Below, one piece after another: positions 46,071-55,734 of a stretch of 64,000 nucleotides of DNA. The stretch spans positions 1,440,001 through 1,504,000 of the forward strand of contig CAXXQS010000002.1 of assembly GCA_963674735.2 (NCBI GenBank). Direction: 5' to 3'. The notes below the pieces were generated by a model that saw only the letters and a program-made list of their open reading frames with translations, was not told the origin of the DNA and did not search any database. Made by a program: the position numbers and the translations under genes. How positions within the stretch are numbered: the first letter of the stretch is position 1; the number at the start of each line of letters is the position of its first letter. This DNA comes from Myxococcota bacterium (GTDB lineage Bacteria > Myxococcota_A > SURF-8).

Positions 46071-48496
46071 TGAGGACGAGGAGCACGAGCATGTGGAAAC
46101 GGATCGGAATCCGCCGGGCCGGGCTGGTTTTGGGTGTATTCGCCCTGATCGCGATGCTGGCGGGCTGCTTGAAATTCGATAACCCGGTGGAGCTGGAAAC
46201 GGATGGCGATACGGCCGTGGGGGGTCGGGTGACCGTCCAGGTGACCGGCATCGATTCGGGTGCGAGCGTTCTGGTGCTGACGCTCGAATGGTCGGAACCG
46301 GGCGCGGTGGGCGATATTCAGTTGCAGAAAACCATTCCGCTCGACGGCCGTTTCAACGAACTCACCTTCACCTTCGACGGCATGGGATCGGGGTCGGGGC
46401 GGGTTTTGGCCGGAACCTACGTCGGCACCCTGCTTTGGCAGGACGAAACCCCCAGCGCCAACGTCAGCTTGCAGGGCGAGGAAGAGCAGACGGTGAGTAT
46501 TTCGCTGGGCGCGCCGGATGGCGATCTCGACCTCGATGGCGAATTCAACTATGAAGGCCCGGAAGAACCGGATGGCGATACGGATGGCGACACCGCCGAC
46601 GGCGATGTGGAATCCGACGGCGATGCGGATGACGAGCCCGACGGCGATCCGGATGTCGAAGGCGGCTGGCAACCGGCGGATACGCTTTACGTGCCGTATA
46701 CGCCGACCTCCATCGCCTTGGACGGGACGGTGAATACCGGGGATGAATGGGCGCTTGCCGAAAGCAAGACGATCCAAACCGGCGCCGCCTCTCCCACGCG
46801 GGTCTATGCCGTGCATACCCTGGACCACGTGCTGTTCGGCCTGACCGTCCCGAGCGTGTTTTCCAATGCGGAAGAGGAAGATCGGATCGGCTTGGCTTTC
46901 GACCCGGACCCCGGACGGGATGGGGATGAATTCGTTCTTTTGTATACGCGCATCCGTTTCCTGTTTACCTGCGAGGCCATCAACAAGCCGACCTGCAACG
47001 AGCTGGCCGCCGGTGCGCCGTCCTGGCAGGCCCAGCAGCGGGAGATCGAGGGGGGCTGGGAAGCGGAGATCCGTATTTCCTATGACAGCCTGGGCATCAT
47101 TCCCGGCAGTCCGCAGGCTCTCAAATTCTCGGTGTTCATCATCGATAACGAGCAGACCTTCGCCTGGCCCGACAACACCAGCCAGCGTTGGTTGCCCGAT
47201 ACCTGGGGCGAGCTGGACAGCCTGGATTATTGGAATTTCCGCCTGTACCCCGATGGCGACGTGGATGATGAAGCCGAACTCGACGCCGATGACGAAGCGG
47301 AAGGCACGATCGATGGCGACCTGGAACTCGATTCGGCTGAAATGGACGACGATTTCATCGATGCAGCCGAGGCCGAGCTAGAGCCGGAGATCGAGGACGA
47401 AGCCGAAGTGGAAGCCGAAGCCGAAGTCGAGGCTGAGCAATTGTTCTGTCTGGTCGATAGGGCCTATTGCGAACAGCGCGGCGATACCTGGTATGAATTG
47501 ATCTGCAATGGCGACGGCAGCGCCTACTCGGAAGAAAATCCCTGTAACGACGGGGTTTACTGCACGACCGATTTCTGCACGGATGGTTTCGGCTGCGACA
47601 CGATCTACAACTCGCTTTCCTGCAACGACGGTAGCGCCTGCACCGAAAACGATCGTTGCCAGATGGGCAGCTGTCGCGGCGAACACATTTCCTGCGATGA
47701 CGGTGAACCGTGCACCATCGATGAAGAAATCGACTTGCCGGGGCAATGCTGTCGCTACGTGGATGAAACCGACGATACCGAGTGCGACGACGGATTGACC
47801 TGTACGGCGGATACGACCTGCCAGAGCGGGGAGTGCACCGGAACGGAGCTCCCCAACTGCTGCGAGGGCTATCCCGACATGGCGTTGGTTACGGGTGGTT
47901 GGTGCATCGATCGCTATGAAGCGGTGGTGGGCGACCTCGCCTACGTCGACAGCGGCGACTGCGGCGCGTCGGGAGGCACCCGCTACGGCGATGGGACGGA
48001 CGATTATCCCGCCTCGCGCTTCCCCGATCTGGATACCCTGACCAACCAACCCGCCGATAGCGCCCAGCAGCTTTTCGCCTGCAATACGGACGGACGGATG
48101 CCGTCGGTCTTTTTGACCGCACCCCAGGCGGAAGCGGCCTGCGCCAATGCGGGTAAGCGCCTGTGTTCACAGGTGGAATGGCGTGATAGTTGCGGGGGCA
48201 GCGAAAACCAGAACTATCCTTACGGCAATGTTTACGAGCTTGCCACCTGCAATGGCGCCGATTACAGTCCCGACGGCACCCTGGTGGGCGGATCGCTGTC
48301 GAGCTGCGAGCGGGGCGGCGTGTATGATCTCTCGGGCAATGTCGGCGAGTGGATCGGCGGCAACCAGGAATGCGGCGGATCGTGGGGAACGGTGGAAAGC
48401 GGATTGATGTGCACGGCTTGTCTGGCGCGCGATGCGGCGACTTCGACCGTGCTGCGCGGATTCCGCTGCTGCGCCTCTCCGGTGACGCCGGATTAG
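46070..48496 (+). CDS. Multidomain lipoprotein: DGD linkers, CBM9-like domain, Dictyostelium-type Cys repeats, FGE-sulfatase (SUMF1-like) domain
   Basis: Lipobox LAGC; LDG...EW; [29 protein letters not shown]. Confidence 0.82.
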   Translation: MRTRSTSMWKRIGIRRAGLVLGVFALIAMLAGCLKFDNPVELETDGDTAVGGRVTVQVTGIDSGASVLVLTLEWSEPGAVGDIQLQKTIPLDGRFNELTFTFDGMGSGSGRVLAGTYVGTLLWQDETPSANVSLQGEEEQTVSISLGAPDGDLDLDGEFNYEGPEEPDGDTDGDTADGDVESDGDADDEPDGDPDVEGGWQPADTLYVPYTPTSIALDGTVNTGDEWALAESKTIQTGAASPTRVYAVHTLDHVLFGLTVPSVFSNAEEEDRIGLAFDPDPGRDGDEFVLLYTRIRFLFTCEAINKPTCNELAAGAPSWQAQQREIEGGWEAEIRISYDSLGIIPGSPQALKFSVFIIDNEQTFAWPDNTSQRWLPDTWGELDSLDYWNFRLYPDGDVDDEAELDADDEAEGTIDGDLELDSAEMDDDFIDAAEAELEPEIEDEAEVEAEAEVEAEQLFCLVDRAYCEQRGDTWYELICNGDGSAYSEENPCNDGVYCTTDFCTDGFGCDTIYNSLSCNDGSACTENDRCQMGSCRGEHISCDDGEPCTIDEEIDLPGQCCRYVDETDDTECDDGLTCTADTTCQSGECTGTELPNCCEGYPDMALVTGGWCIDRYEAVVGDLAYVDSGDCGASGGTRYGDGTDDYPASRFPDLDTLTNQPADSAQQLFACNTDGRMPSVFLTAPQAEAACANAGKRLCSQVEWRDSCGGSENQNYPYGNVYELATCNGADYSPDGTLVGGSLSSCERGGVYDLSGNVGEWIGGNQECGGSWGTVESGLMCTACLARDAATSTVLRGFRCCASPVTPD

Positions 48497-48510
48497 TCCG
48501 GGAGGTTTCT

Positions 48511-48963
48511 ATGCGGGTGGTGGTCCAGCGGGTCACGGAAGCGCGGGTGCGTGTGGAAGGCGACGTTATCGGCGAGATCGGTCTCGGCTTGCTGTTGCTT
48601 ATCTCCGCCGGAGAAGGCGATACCCTGGCCGATGTGGACTGGATCGTCAACAAAATCCTGAATTTACGCGTGTTTCCGGATGAGCAGGACCGCATGAACC
48701 GCTCGCTTCTGGACGTCGGTGGCGAGCTGCTGGCGGTGAGCCAGTTCACCTTGCACGGCGACTGCCGCAAGGGGCACCGGCCCAGCTTCGTCAAGGCGCT
48801 GGTCCCCGATGCAGCCCGCAACTTGTTCGATGCCGCAGTCGAGCGGCTGCGAAACGGCGGGATGGTGCGGGTCGCCACGGGACGTTTCGGGGCTTCGATG
48901 GCGGTGGAACTGGTGAACGATGGACCGGTGACGCTCCTGCTAGACTCGAAAAAAGCTTTCTAA
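48511..48963 (+). CDS. dtd: D-aminoacyl-tRNA deacylase
   Basis: [20 protein letters not shown]; GGAGG RBS. Confidence 0.96.
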   Translation: MRVVVQRVTEARVRVEGDVIGEIGLGLLLLISAGEGDTLADVDWIVNKILNLRVFPDEQDRMNRSLLDVGGELLAVSQFTLHGDCRKGHRPSFVKALVPDAARNLFDAAVERLRNGGMVRVATGRFGASMAVELVNDGPVTLLLDSKKAF

Positions 48964-49141
48964 ATCCGGCAGTATTCCTGAATATTCACGGCCTTTTTAG
49001 GGCGGCGTGCGGGAATAAAAAATATTGCCAAAGGTTTATAAACCTGTTATGGTCCTCCCCTCTTTATATGGACGAAGGACGGGAATACCTAAACGGTAAC
49101 CGATCGATTTTGAGTCGAACAAACCAAGTGGAGGTAATGGG

Positions 49142-51106
49142 ATGAGCAAAGGATCAAGTACCCTGAATTACCTGCTTATCGCTCTCCTGATGTTTGCCCT
49201 GGGTTTCTACATGGGCGGCGCGGGCTGTGGTGGGCAGCAGGACGATCAGGCCGGAGCTGATAAGCAGCCGAAAAAAATGGAGAAAGTTAAGCCTTTCGAG
49301 AAGAAGGCGGCTAAAGCCCAAGAAGACCGCTACAAGGTCCCGGTGGGCGATTCTTACTGGAAGGGTACGGAAAACGCTCCGATCACCATCCTGGAATTCT
49401 CCGAATTCCAATGCCCCTTCTGCAGCCGTATCAACCCGACCATCAAGCAGATCCTCGATACCTACAAAGGCGACGTGAAGGTGGTGTTCAAACACAACCC
49501 GCTGCCGTTCCACAAAGATGCCATGCTGGCTTCCGAAGCGGCGCTGGCCGCCGGTGCGCAGGGCAAATTCTGGGACATGCATGACAAGCTGTTCGAAAAC
49601 CAGAAAAAACTGACCCGCGACAACCTGGAAAAATTCGCCCAGGAATTCGGCCTCGACATGGCCAAATTCAAGAAAGCCCTGGACGACGGAACGTACAAAA
49701 AACAAATCCAGGAAGACATGAAAGTCGCCCAGACTTTCGCGGCTCGCGGCACCCCGCACCTGTTCGTCAACGGTATCCGCGTGCGCGGCGCGCAGCCTTT
49801 CGACAAGTTCAAGGCCATCATCGATGCCGAACTGCCCAAGGGCAAAGAGCTTCAGAAAAACGGCGCCAAAGACATTTACGCCGAGATCACCAAGAACGCC
49901 AAGACCAAAGGCGATGCGCCCAAGCCGCGTGAAACCAAAGAAGACAAATCGATCTACAAAGTGTCCACCGGCGGCAAGCTGACCCCCGTCAAGGGTGCCA
50001 AGGACGACGCGCTGATCACTATCATGGAATTCTCCGAATTCCAATGCCCCTTCTGCAGCCGCGTGGAACCGACCGTCACCAAGATCATGGAAGAGTACAA
50101 AGGCAAAGTGCGCGTGTTCTTCCGTCACAACCCGCTGCCTTTCCACAAGGACGCCATGCCGGCCTCCAAAGCGGCCATCGCCGCCGGGATGCAGGGCAAG
50201 TTCTGGGAAATGCACAAGATTCTGTTCGCCAACCAGAAAAAGCTCAAAGAAGAGAACTTGCTTGATTATGCCAAGCAGATCGGCTTGAACGTCGATAAGT
50301 TCAAAAAAGACATGGCCCTGCCTGAAGTCGAAGCGCAGATCAAAGCCGATCAGGCCGAAGCGGCCAAGTTCGGTGCGCGCGGCACCCCGGGCTTCTTCGT
50401 CAACGGACGCAAAATCGTCGGCGCGCAGCCTTTCGCCAACTTCAAAAAGCTGATCGACGAGCTGCTGCCCGTCGCCGAAAAAGCCGGCAAGAAGGGCGAC
50501 GCCCTGTACGCCGAGTTGACCAAAAACGGCAAAGACAAGGCCGTCGCGCCCAAGCGTCCCGACAAGCCCAAAGAAGATCCCAACAAGGTCTACGACGTCA
50601 AGGCCGGAAATTCGTATTTCAAGGGCGGCAAAAACGCCAAAGTCGAAATCCTTGAATTCTCCGAATTCCAATGCCCCTTCTGCAGCCGTGTCAACCCGAC
50701 CATCAAGCAGATCCTCGACACCTATGGCGACAAGGTGAAGGTGGTCTTCAAGCACAACCCGCTGCCCTTCCACAAGGACGCGCCCTTGGCCTCTGAAGCG
50801 GCTTTGGCGGCCGGTGAGCAGGGTAAGTTCTGGGAAATGCATGACAAGATGTTTGCGAACCAGCGCGCCCTGAAACGCGAAAACCTGGAAAAATTCGCCC
50901 AGGAACTGGGTCTGGACATGGGCAAATTCAAGAAAGCCCTGGATTCCGGCGCGTATAAGAGCATGATCGAAGAAGACAAGAAAATGGCCGCCAAAAACGG
51001 CGCGCGTGGAACCCCCACCTTCTTCGTCAATGGCCGCAAAATCGTGGGCGCGCAGCCCTTCGATAACTTCAAGAAGATGATCGACGAGGAATTGAAGAAG
51101 AAATAA
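49142..51106 (+). CDS. DsbA-family oxidoreductase with three tandem thioredoxin domains
   Basis: Three EFSEFQCPFC...PLPFH...GTP.(L/F)FVNG units; N-terminal anchor; strong codon bias. Confidence 0.93.
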   Translation: MSKGSSTLNYLLIALLMFALGFYMGGAGCGGQQDDQAGADKQPKKMEKVKPFEKKAAKAQEDRYKVPVGDSYWKGTENAPITILEFSEFQCPFCSRINPTIKQILDTYKGDVKVVFKHNPLPFHKDAMLASEAALAAGAQGKFWDMHDKLFENQKKLTRDNLEKFAQEFGLDMAKFKKALDDGTYKKQIQEDMKVAQTFAARGTPHLFVNGIRVRGAQPFDKFKAIIDAELPKGKELQKNGAKDIYAEITKNAKTKGDAPKPRETKEDKSIYKVSTGGKLTPVKGAKDDALITIMEFSEFQCPFCSRVEPTVTKIMEEYKGKVRVFFRHNPLPFHKDAMPASKAAIAAGMQGKFWEMHKILFANQKKLKEENLLDYAKQIGLNVDKFKKDMALPEVEAQIKADQAEAAKFGARGTPGFFVNGRKIVGAQPFANFKKLIDELLPVAEKAGKKGDALYAELTKNGKDKAVAPKRPDKPKEDPNKVYDVKAGNSYFKGGKNAKVEILEFSEFQCPFCSRVNPTIKQILDTYGDKVKVVFKHNPLPFHKDAPLASEAALAAGEQGKFWEMHDKMFANQRALKRENLEKFAQELGLDMGKFKKALDSGAYKSMIEEDKKMAAKNGARGTPTFFVNGRKIVGAQPFDNFKKMIDEELKKK

Positions 51107-51130
51107 CGCGTTCTCGTTCGGTTCGAATGC

Positions 51131-51167
51131 AAACGCCCCCGCCGCGTGTGGGGGCGTTTTTCTTTTC
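51131..51167 (+). terminator. Intrinsic terminator
   Basis: AAACGCCCCC...GGGGGCGTTT followed by T-rich tail. Confidence 0.8.
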
Positions 51168-51315
51168 CGCCGAGCGTGCGCGGGAGATGCCGGATCCGTT
51201 TTCCGTCTGTTGGGTGCCGAAGAGCGGTTGCGAGTCGGCCGACGTTCGGGGCGCGGCCTGTAACAGCTTGATTTTAGAACACTCTTGCAAAGATAGTCTT
51301 TGTGAGGAAAAAAAC

Positions 51316-51344
51316 TTGACAACCTAACAAGGCACCCCTAATAT
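51316..51344 (+). promoter_or_regulatory. sigma70 promoter of rplU-rpmA
   Basis: TTGACA-17 bp-TAATAT. Confidence 0.7.
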
Positions 51345-51383
51345 ATAGCGCCCTTGAGAGGAATGCACTAGCGAGGTAGAGTC

Positions 51384-51695
51384 ATGTACGCGGTTATCAA
51401 GACGGGTGGCAAGCAATATAAGATCAGCGAAGGCGAGACGGTTCGCGTCGAGAAACTTCCGGGCGAAGCCGGAGACGACGTGACCTTGGATAGCGTGCTG
51501 ATGGTCAGCGGTGACGAAGGTGTGACAATCGGGCGTCCTTTTGTCGAGAGCGCCAGCGTGACGGCCAAGATCGTGGCGCAAGCCCGTCATCCCAAGATCC
51601 GGGTTTTGCATTGGAAACGCCGCAAGGGTTACAAGAAGTTGAGCGGTCATCGACAGCCCTACACCGAGCTGAAGATCACCGGGATCAACTCGTAA
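51384..51695 (+). CDS. rplU: 50S ribosomal protein L21
   Basis: MYAVIKTGGKQY, GHRQPYT. Confidence 0.98.
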   Translation: MYAVIKTGGKQYKISEGETVRVEKLPGEAGDDVTLDSVLMVSGDEGVTIGRPFVESASVTAKIVAQARHPKIRVLHWKRRKGYKKLSGHRQPYTELKITGINS

Positions 51696-51710
51696 GTAAA
51701 GGAGACGATT

Positions 51711-51986
51711 ATGGCGCATAAGAAATCCGGCGGTAGCGCGAAGAACGGACGGGATTCCAAGGGTCAGCGGCGCGGCATCAAGCGCTACGATGGCCAATTC
51801 GTAACCGGCGGCAACATTTTGGTTCGCCAGCTTGGAACGAAAATTCATCCCGGTCGTAACGTGGGGCTGGGTAAAGATTACACGATCTATTCCAAGATCG
51901 AGGGCTATGTGAAGTTCGAGAACTTTGGAGCGGGTAAAAAACGCGTGTCCGTCTATGCCGAGAATCCGGTAACGGCGGCCGAGTAA
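51711..51986 (+). CDS. rpmA: 50S ribosomal protein L27
   Basis: [15 protein letters not shown]. Confidence 0.98.
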   Translation: MAHKKSGGSAKNGRDSKGQRRGIKRYDGQFVTGGNILVRQLGTKIHPGRNVGLGKDYTIYSKIEGYVKFENFGAGKKRVSVYAENPVTAAE

Positions 51987-52016
51987 CCCACCTGGCCCAA
52001 AGCAAATTTGTATTCG

Positions 52017-52050
52017 AGCGGCGGTCTTGCACAGAGATCGCCGCTTTTGT
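52017..52050 (+). terminator. Intrinsic terminator after rpmA
   Basis: AGCGGCGGTCT...AGATCGCCGCT-TTTGT. Confidence 0.75.
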
Positions 52051-52104
52051 CTGTTCGGAAGCGATGGGCGGCGGCCTCTCTTTTGGATGCCGGTCTCACG
52101 ACGG

Positions 52105-53205
52105 CTAATCTTCCCAACATTGTTTTTCTACCGCGTCGCAGGAGAAGCCTGGCGGGCAGTAGCGGGAGGAGGCGCAGGGAATGCCCTCACATTGGTCCAG
52201 GTTCAACCCGCCTCGGGCTCCCATCGTGGCGCCCGTGTTTCCCGCAACCACATCCTGAATTTCCAGCCCGAACGCTTCTTCCGGGACGTTCAATCCACTG
52301 AGCAGGTTCGATACATCGAAGAGCTTGGTTCCAAATGGACCGCTGTCCCGCTGATCGTAGATCAGGCTCCGAATATACGTGTTTCCTTGTGGGTAAAGCA
52401 GCCAGATTCTCAATTCCTGAGCCGCCGGATGGTCGAGCGTGATTTCGAATTCGGCGCTGCTTATGGAGGCGATGGCCTGGTCCTCGTTCATGCTGATAAA
52501 CGCGCTGTCTCCTGTAGCATCCGGAATGGCCAGACCGACAATGTCCTCCGTTAATACGGCGCAGCCATCCGGTTTGATTGACAGCGTGAAATCCGCCGCG
52601 CTTCCCGTTGTCGTGCTGGAAACGACGAGCACGCGCTGGTAGTTGATGAGCTGCGAGTCGACGGATCGTTTCAAATAATAATCGTGAACCCGCAACCGAA
52701 TCGTCTCATTTTGACCGGGTCCGGTCAAATCTTGAGAACTATGGCATTGGGTGGGCGCGTCGTATTTGCATTTATCCGGATCGACGTCATAACAAATACC
52801 CGGATCGAAAGACGTACAGGTGGAAAAGACGGCCAACGCGGGGTCAAAGTCGGGCGAATGATTCTCCAGAACCACGTCGTATTCCCCCGGTCCGGGAAAG
52901 GTCAAGGTGTACAGCCGTTCCGGGCCGCGCAAATAATTTTGGACGCTTGGTCCATCCGCCGCTGCGGACGAACAAGGGAAGAGCAGGTGTTCGCCTTGCA
53001 GATAGGGAGTTTCATATCCCACGGTGGAGCCTTCAATGGACTGATTGACGCCCAACACCTGCGCCGAACCGCAGGTTCTTCCCGACGCTTCCGAATCGGG
53101 ATAGATTTCGAAGCGATACTGTTCTGGAAGTGGCAAGCTGCCGAAACCGGAGATACCCCACGCATTGAATATGAAAAAGGAGTAGGTCCCATCTTGGGGA
53201 GGCGT
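52105..53205 (-). pseudogene. 5'-truncated secreted protein gene (PPC-like domains, proprotein-convertase P domain, Cys module)
   Basis: Protein-like frame continues upstream of the TTG at 53136 (TPPQDGTYSFFIFNAWG) and breaks mid-domain near 53205; no signal peptide. Confidence 0.65.
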
Positions 53206-53549
53206 TGGACGTGGACGAATCCCGCGAAGATTCGGACGGCGATTGGGACGATGAGCGATTCGACGAAGAAGAAGCTGCGGAGGACGAAACCGACGTGGAA
53301 GCCGCCGACTCGGAGGACGTGGAAACCGAGGAAGCCTGCGGCGGCGAGTGGGATTGCAAAGAACCCGAAGGGGAATGCGGCAATTCGAGCCTTGGCGAGT
53401 GCGAAGTCGGTATGTATTGCGGCGAGGATCAACAGTGCCATCCGGGATGTGGAACCCATGCCGATTGTTCTAGTGGACAGTACTGTGAGGATCACGCCTG
53501 CCTTGCGGCTCACCGCGACCTCGCCGCCGGGCTGTGCCATGCAACTTAA
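53205..53549 (+). pseudogene. Fragment of a DGD-linker/Cys-module protein in inverted orientation
   Basis: DSDGDWDD..EEE linker then C..C...YC....C..GC..HADC..GQYC.D..C; no signal peptide. Confidence 0.6.
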
Positions 53550-53607
53550 ATCCACAACATCCAGCGCGCGTGCATCAGCGTTTTTTCGTGTTCGAATCGC
53601 TTCACCC

Positions 53608-53647
53608 AAAAAAAACGGCCGACCCGCAAAGGGTCGACCGATCTTTT
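53608..53647. terminator. Terminator-like hairpin
   Basis: A8-CGGCCGACCC-GCAAA-GGGTCGACCG-ATCTTTT. Confidence 0.55.
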
Positions 53648-54326
53648 CAGCGATGTGGGATCGAGAGCACTCAGGCGCGTCGGCGCAGCCCGTAAAACGC
53701 AGCGACAGCGTTTATCCGAAAACACTCGCCGCCCTGTGGTCCTTTCGCGACCCTTGCCTGTGTAAGCCATTGGAATAACTGAACAATGATCCTATTTTAA
53801 CCTGGTTCACGACACCCATTTGCATGCCAGAACGGGAAATAAGGGAAAAGCCTGTTATATCAACAAGATAGGCTGGCTTCCTTAGTATCTTCTAAATAGA
53901 GTATATTTAGTATATTAATTTTACAACGCAAACAGCCCGTTTTCATCCTTCGAAAGCGCGCAGGCGATCCCGAAAAAACGGCAGTCAAGGACGCCCCAAC
54001 CCCGAAAACAATGGGCGAATTCCGACGTGTATCATATGGTAGTCGTACCCCCGCGCCGTCGGCGAGCGGTCCCGCCTGTCAACCGGTGTGACGTATTACG
54101 GCAAACCCGGAAAGTCGGTAGGAAATCGGCCCGGCCCCCCAACTCGCGGGCGAAAAACCCAGTGATTTCAATAGACGCATTTCAAAACGGCCAAAATCGC
54201 CCGAAATGGGCCGTTTTTGCCGCCTTGCCACTGTGATGAGGCGATATTGATACATACTAACGCAAGTGTCAGTAAGCGCGTTTCGGCGAAATTCCGCAGC
54301 CTCATTCGACCGGTTGTGTTTTTGTC

Positions 54327-54372
54327 CCCTTTCTTTGTGCGTCCAAAGAAAGGGAACCGAAAGAAAGGACGC
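54327..54372. repeat. Potential intrastrand triplex / pseudoknot motif
   Basis: CCCTTTCTTTG-TGCGTC-CAAAGAAAGGG-AACC-GAAAGAAA-GGACGC. Confidence 0.6.
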
Positions 54373-54427
54373 CCGGGGTTCGCCTTGGCCGGGTGGCCGT
54401 GACAACCCCTGATCGATAAAACAGAAT

Positions 54428-54516
54428 GGGTGGCATGGGCTAAGCGCAGCTTGCCCATGTGCAGGATCTTCGAACACGGGCAAGCTCCATTCCATTCCGC
54501 TTAGCCCGTGGCACCC
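54428..54516. repeat. Inverted REP-like doublet
   Basis: GGGTGGCATGGGCTAAGCG and the reverse complement of CGCTTAGCCCGTGGCACCC match 17/19; each half is itself a hairpin. Confidence 0.65.
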
Positions 54517-54826
54517 GTTACCCAGGCCACCCGCCCGAAATCCCTCAGGCTGAGCGGGGATAGCACAGCAATGATACAAGAGCACACTTGTCCCCGTATC
54601 GGCGCGCACCTTCCGTCGGAGCAGGGCTCCCGTCCTGCTCTGTTCGTTTGTCTTCAAACAAGGCTTCTGCCTTGTTTCCGCCGGGGCCGATTCGGGTGAA
54701 AAGATCAGGACAAACCTGCGGAGCATGACGGAGCCATGCTCCTGCTTAAGATGCCGCCCCAGTTTATCGCAGCCATGCTCCTCCCGGGCCCGCGTCTTTC
54801 CACGCCGCTTTTGGTGGGTCTCGCCG

Positions 54827-55699
54827 CTAAAGCCCGCGCATCCACTCCGGTTTGAGGCAGGATTCGTCGCCGTCGGCGAGCACCGAATCGATCAGTTCCA
54901 CGATGCGCGCCTTATCTCGCGGCATATCGCCCTTGATAGGCAGATAGTTGCTGGCATGGTTGGCGGTGAAGTGGGCCCGTGTGAAATCAGATTCCGCCAC
55001 GATAGTCCGCAGTTCACGCAAGAGCTGCCACTTGTCGGGCAATCGAAAACGCCCCGCCTCGACCTCTTGCCAGATGGGCGTGCCGGGCACGAGCGTCAGC
55101 ATCAGACAGCCCACGTAGTCCGGGTCGGCCAGAGCCAGCGCGCGGGCGGTGTTGCGGGCATGCTGCTCCGACAGCTCCTCCCCGCCCGCCCCCAGCAGAA
55201 CGATGGCGGAATAGGTGATCCCGGCCTTCTTGAGCTTTTGCGCCGCCGCGATTTGCTGGCTCGAATCGGCCCCCTTGTTGATGCGTTTGAGAACCTCATC
55301 GTCGCCCGATTCCACCCCGTGATACACGATGCCCAGCCCGGCCGCCTTCAATGCGACAAGTTCGTCGTGGCTTTTGTTGAGAATGCCGCGCGCATCGCCG
55401 TAGATTCCGACCCGCTCGATGTGCGGCCCGTGCTCGCGAATGTAGTGGAGAACGCGCAGCAGCTTGTCGGCCGCGAGGATCATGGCATCGCCGTCGCACA
55501 GAAAAAGCCGCCGAAACTGCGGAATGGCCAGGCCTTCATCGAGATCGGCCTTGACGGTTTCCCACTTTTTCATCATGAAGCGTTTTTCCGCGTACATGGC
55601 GCAAAATGAGCATTTATTGTGGCTGCAGCCGGTGGTGATCTGCACCAGCAGCGAATCGGCCTCGGAAGGCGGACGGTAGATGTTTCCCACGTAATCCAT
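54827..55699 (-). CDS. Radical SAM protein (uncharacterised YRPPSE family)
   Basis: YRPPSEA, CSHNKCSFC, NHASNY. Confidence 0.9.
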   Translation of the reverse strand: MDYVGNIYRPPSEADSLLVQITTGCSHNKCSFCAMYAEKRFMMKKWETVKADLDEGLAIPQFRRLFLCDGDAMILAADKLLRVLHYIREHGPHIERVGIYGDARGILNKSHDELVALKAAGLGIVYHGVESGDDEVLKRINKGADSSQQIAAAQKLKKAGITYSAIVLLGAGGEELSEQHARNTARALALADPDYVGCLMLTLVPGTPIWQEVEAGRFRLPDKWQLLRELRTIVAESDFTRAHFTANHASNYLPIKGDMPRDKARIVELIDSVLADGDESCLKPEWMRGL

Positions 55700-55734
55700 T
55701 TGAAACTCCGCTTCGGTTTACGACAACACCGATA

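Noticed and set aside
54099-54140. GGCAAACCCGGAAAG resembling the start of a c-di-GMP-I riboswitch
   Set aside because: Lacks the following GACGCAAAG and P3 elements; no gene directly downstream on that strand
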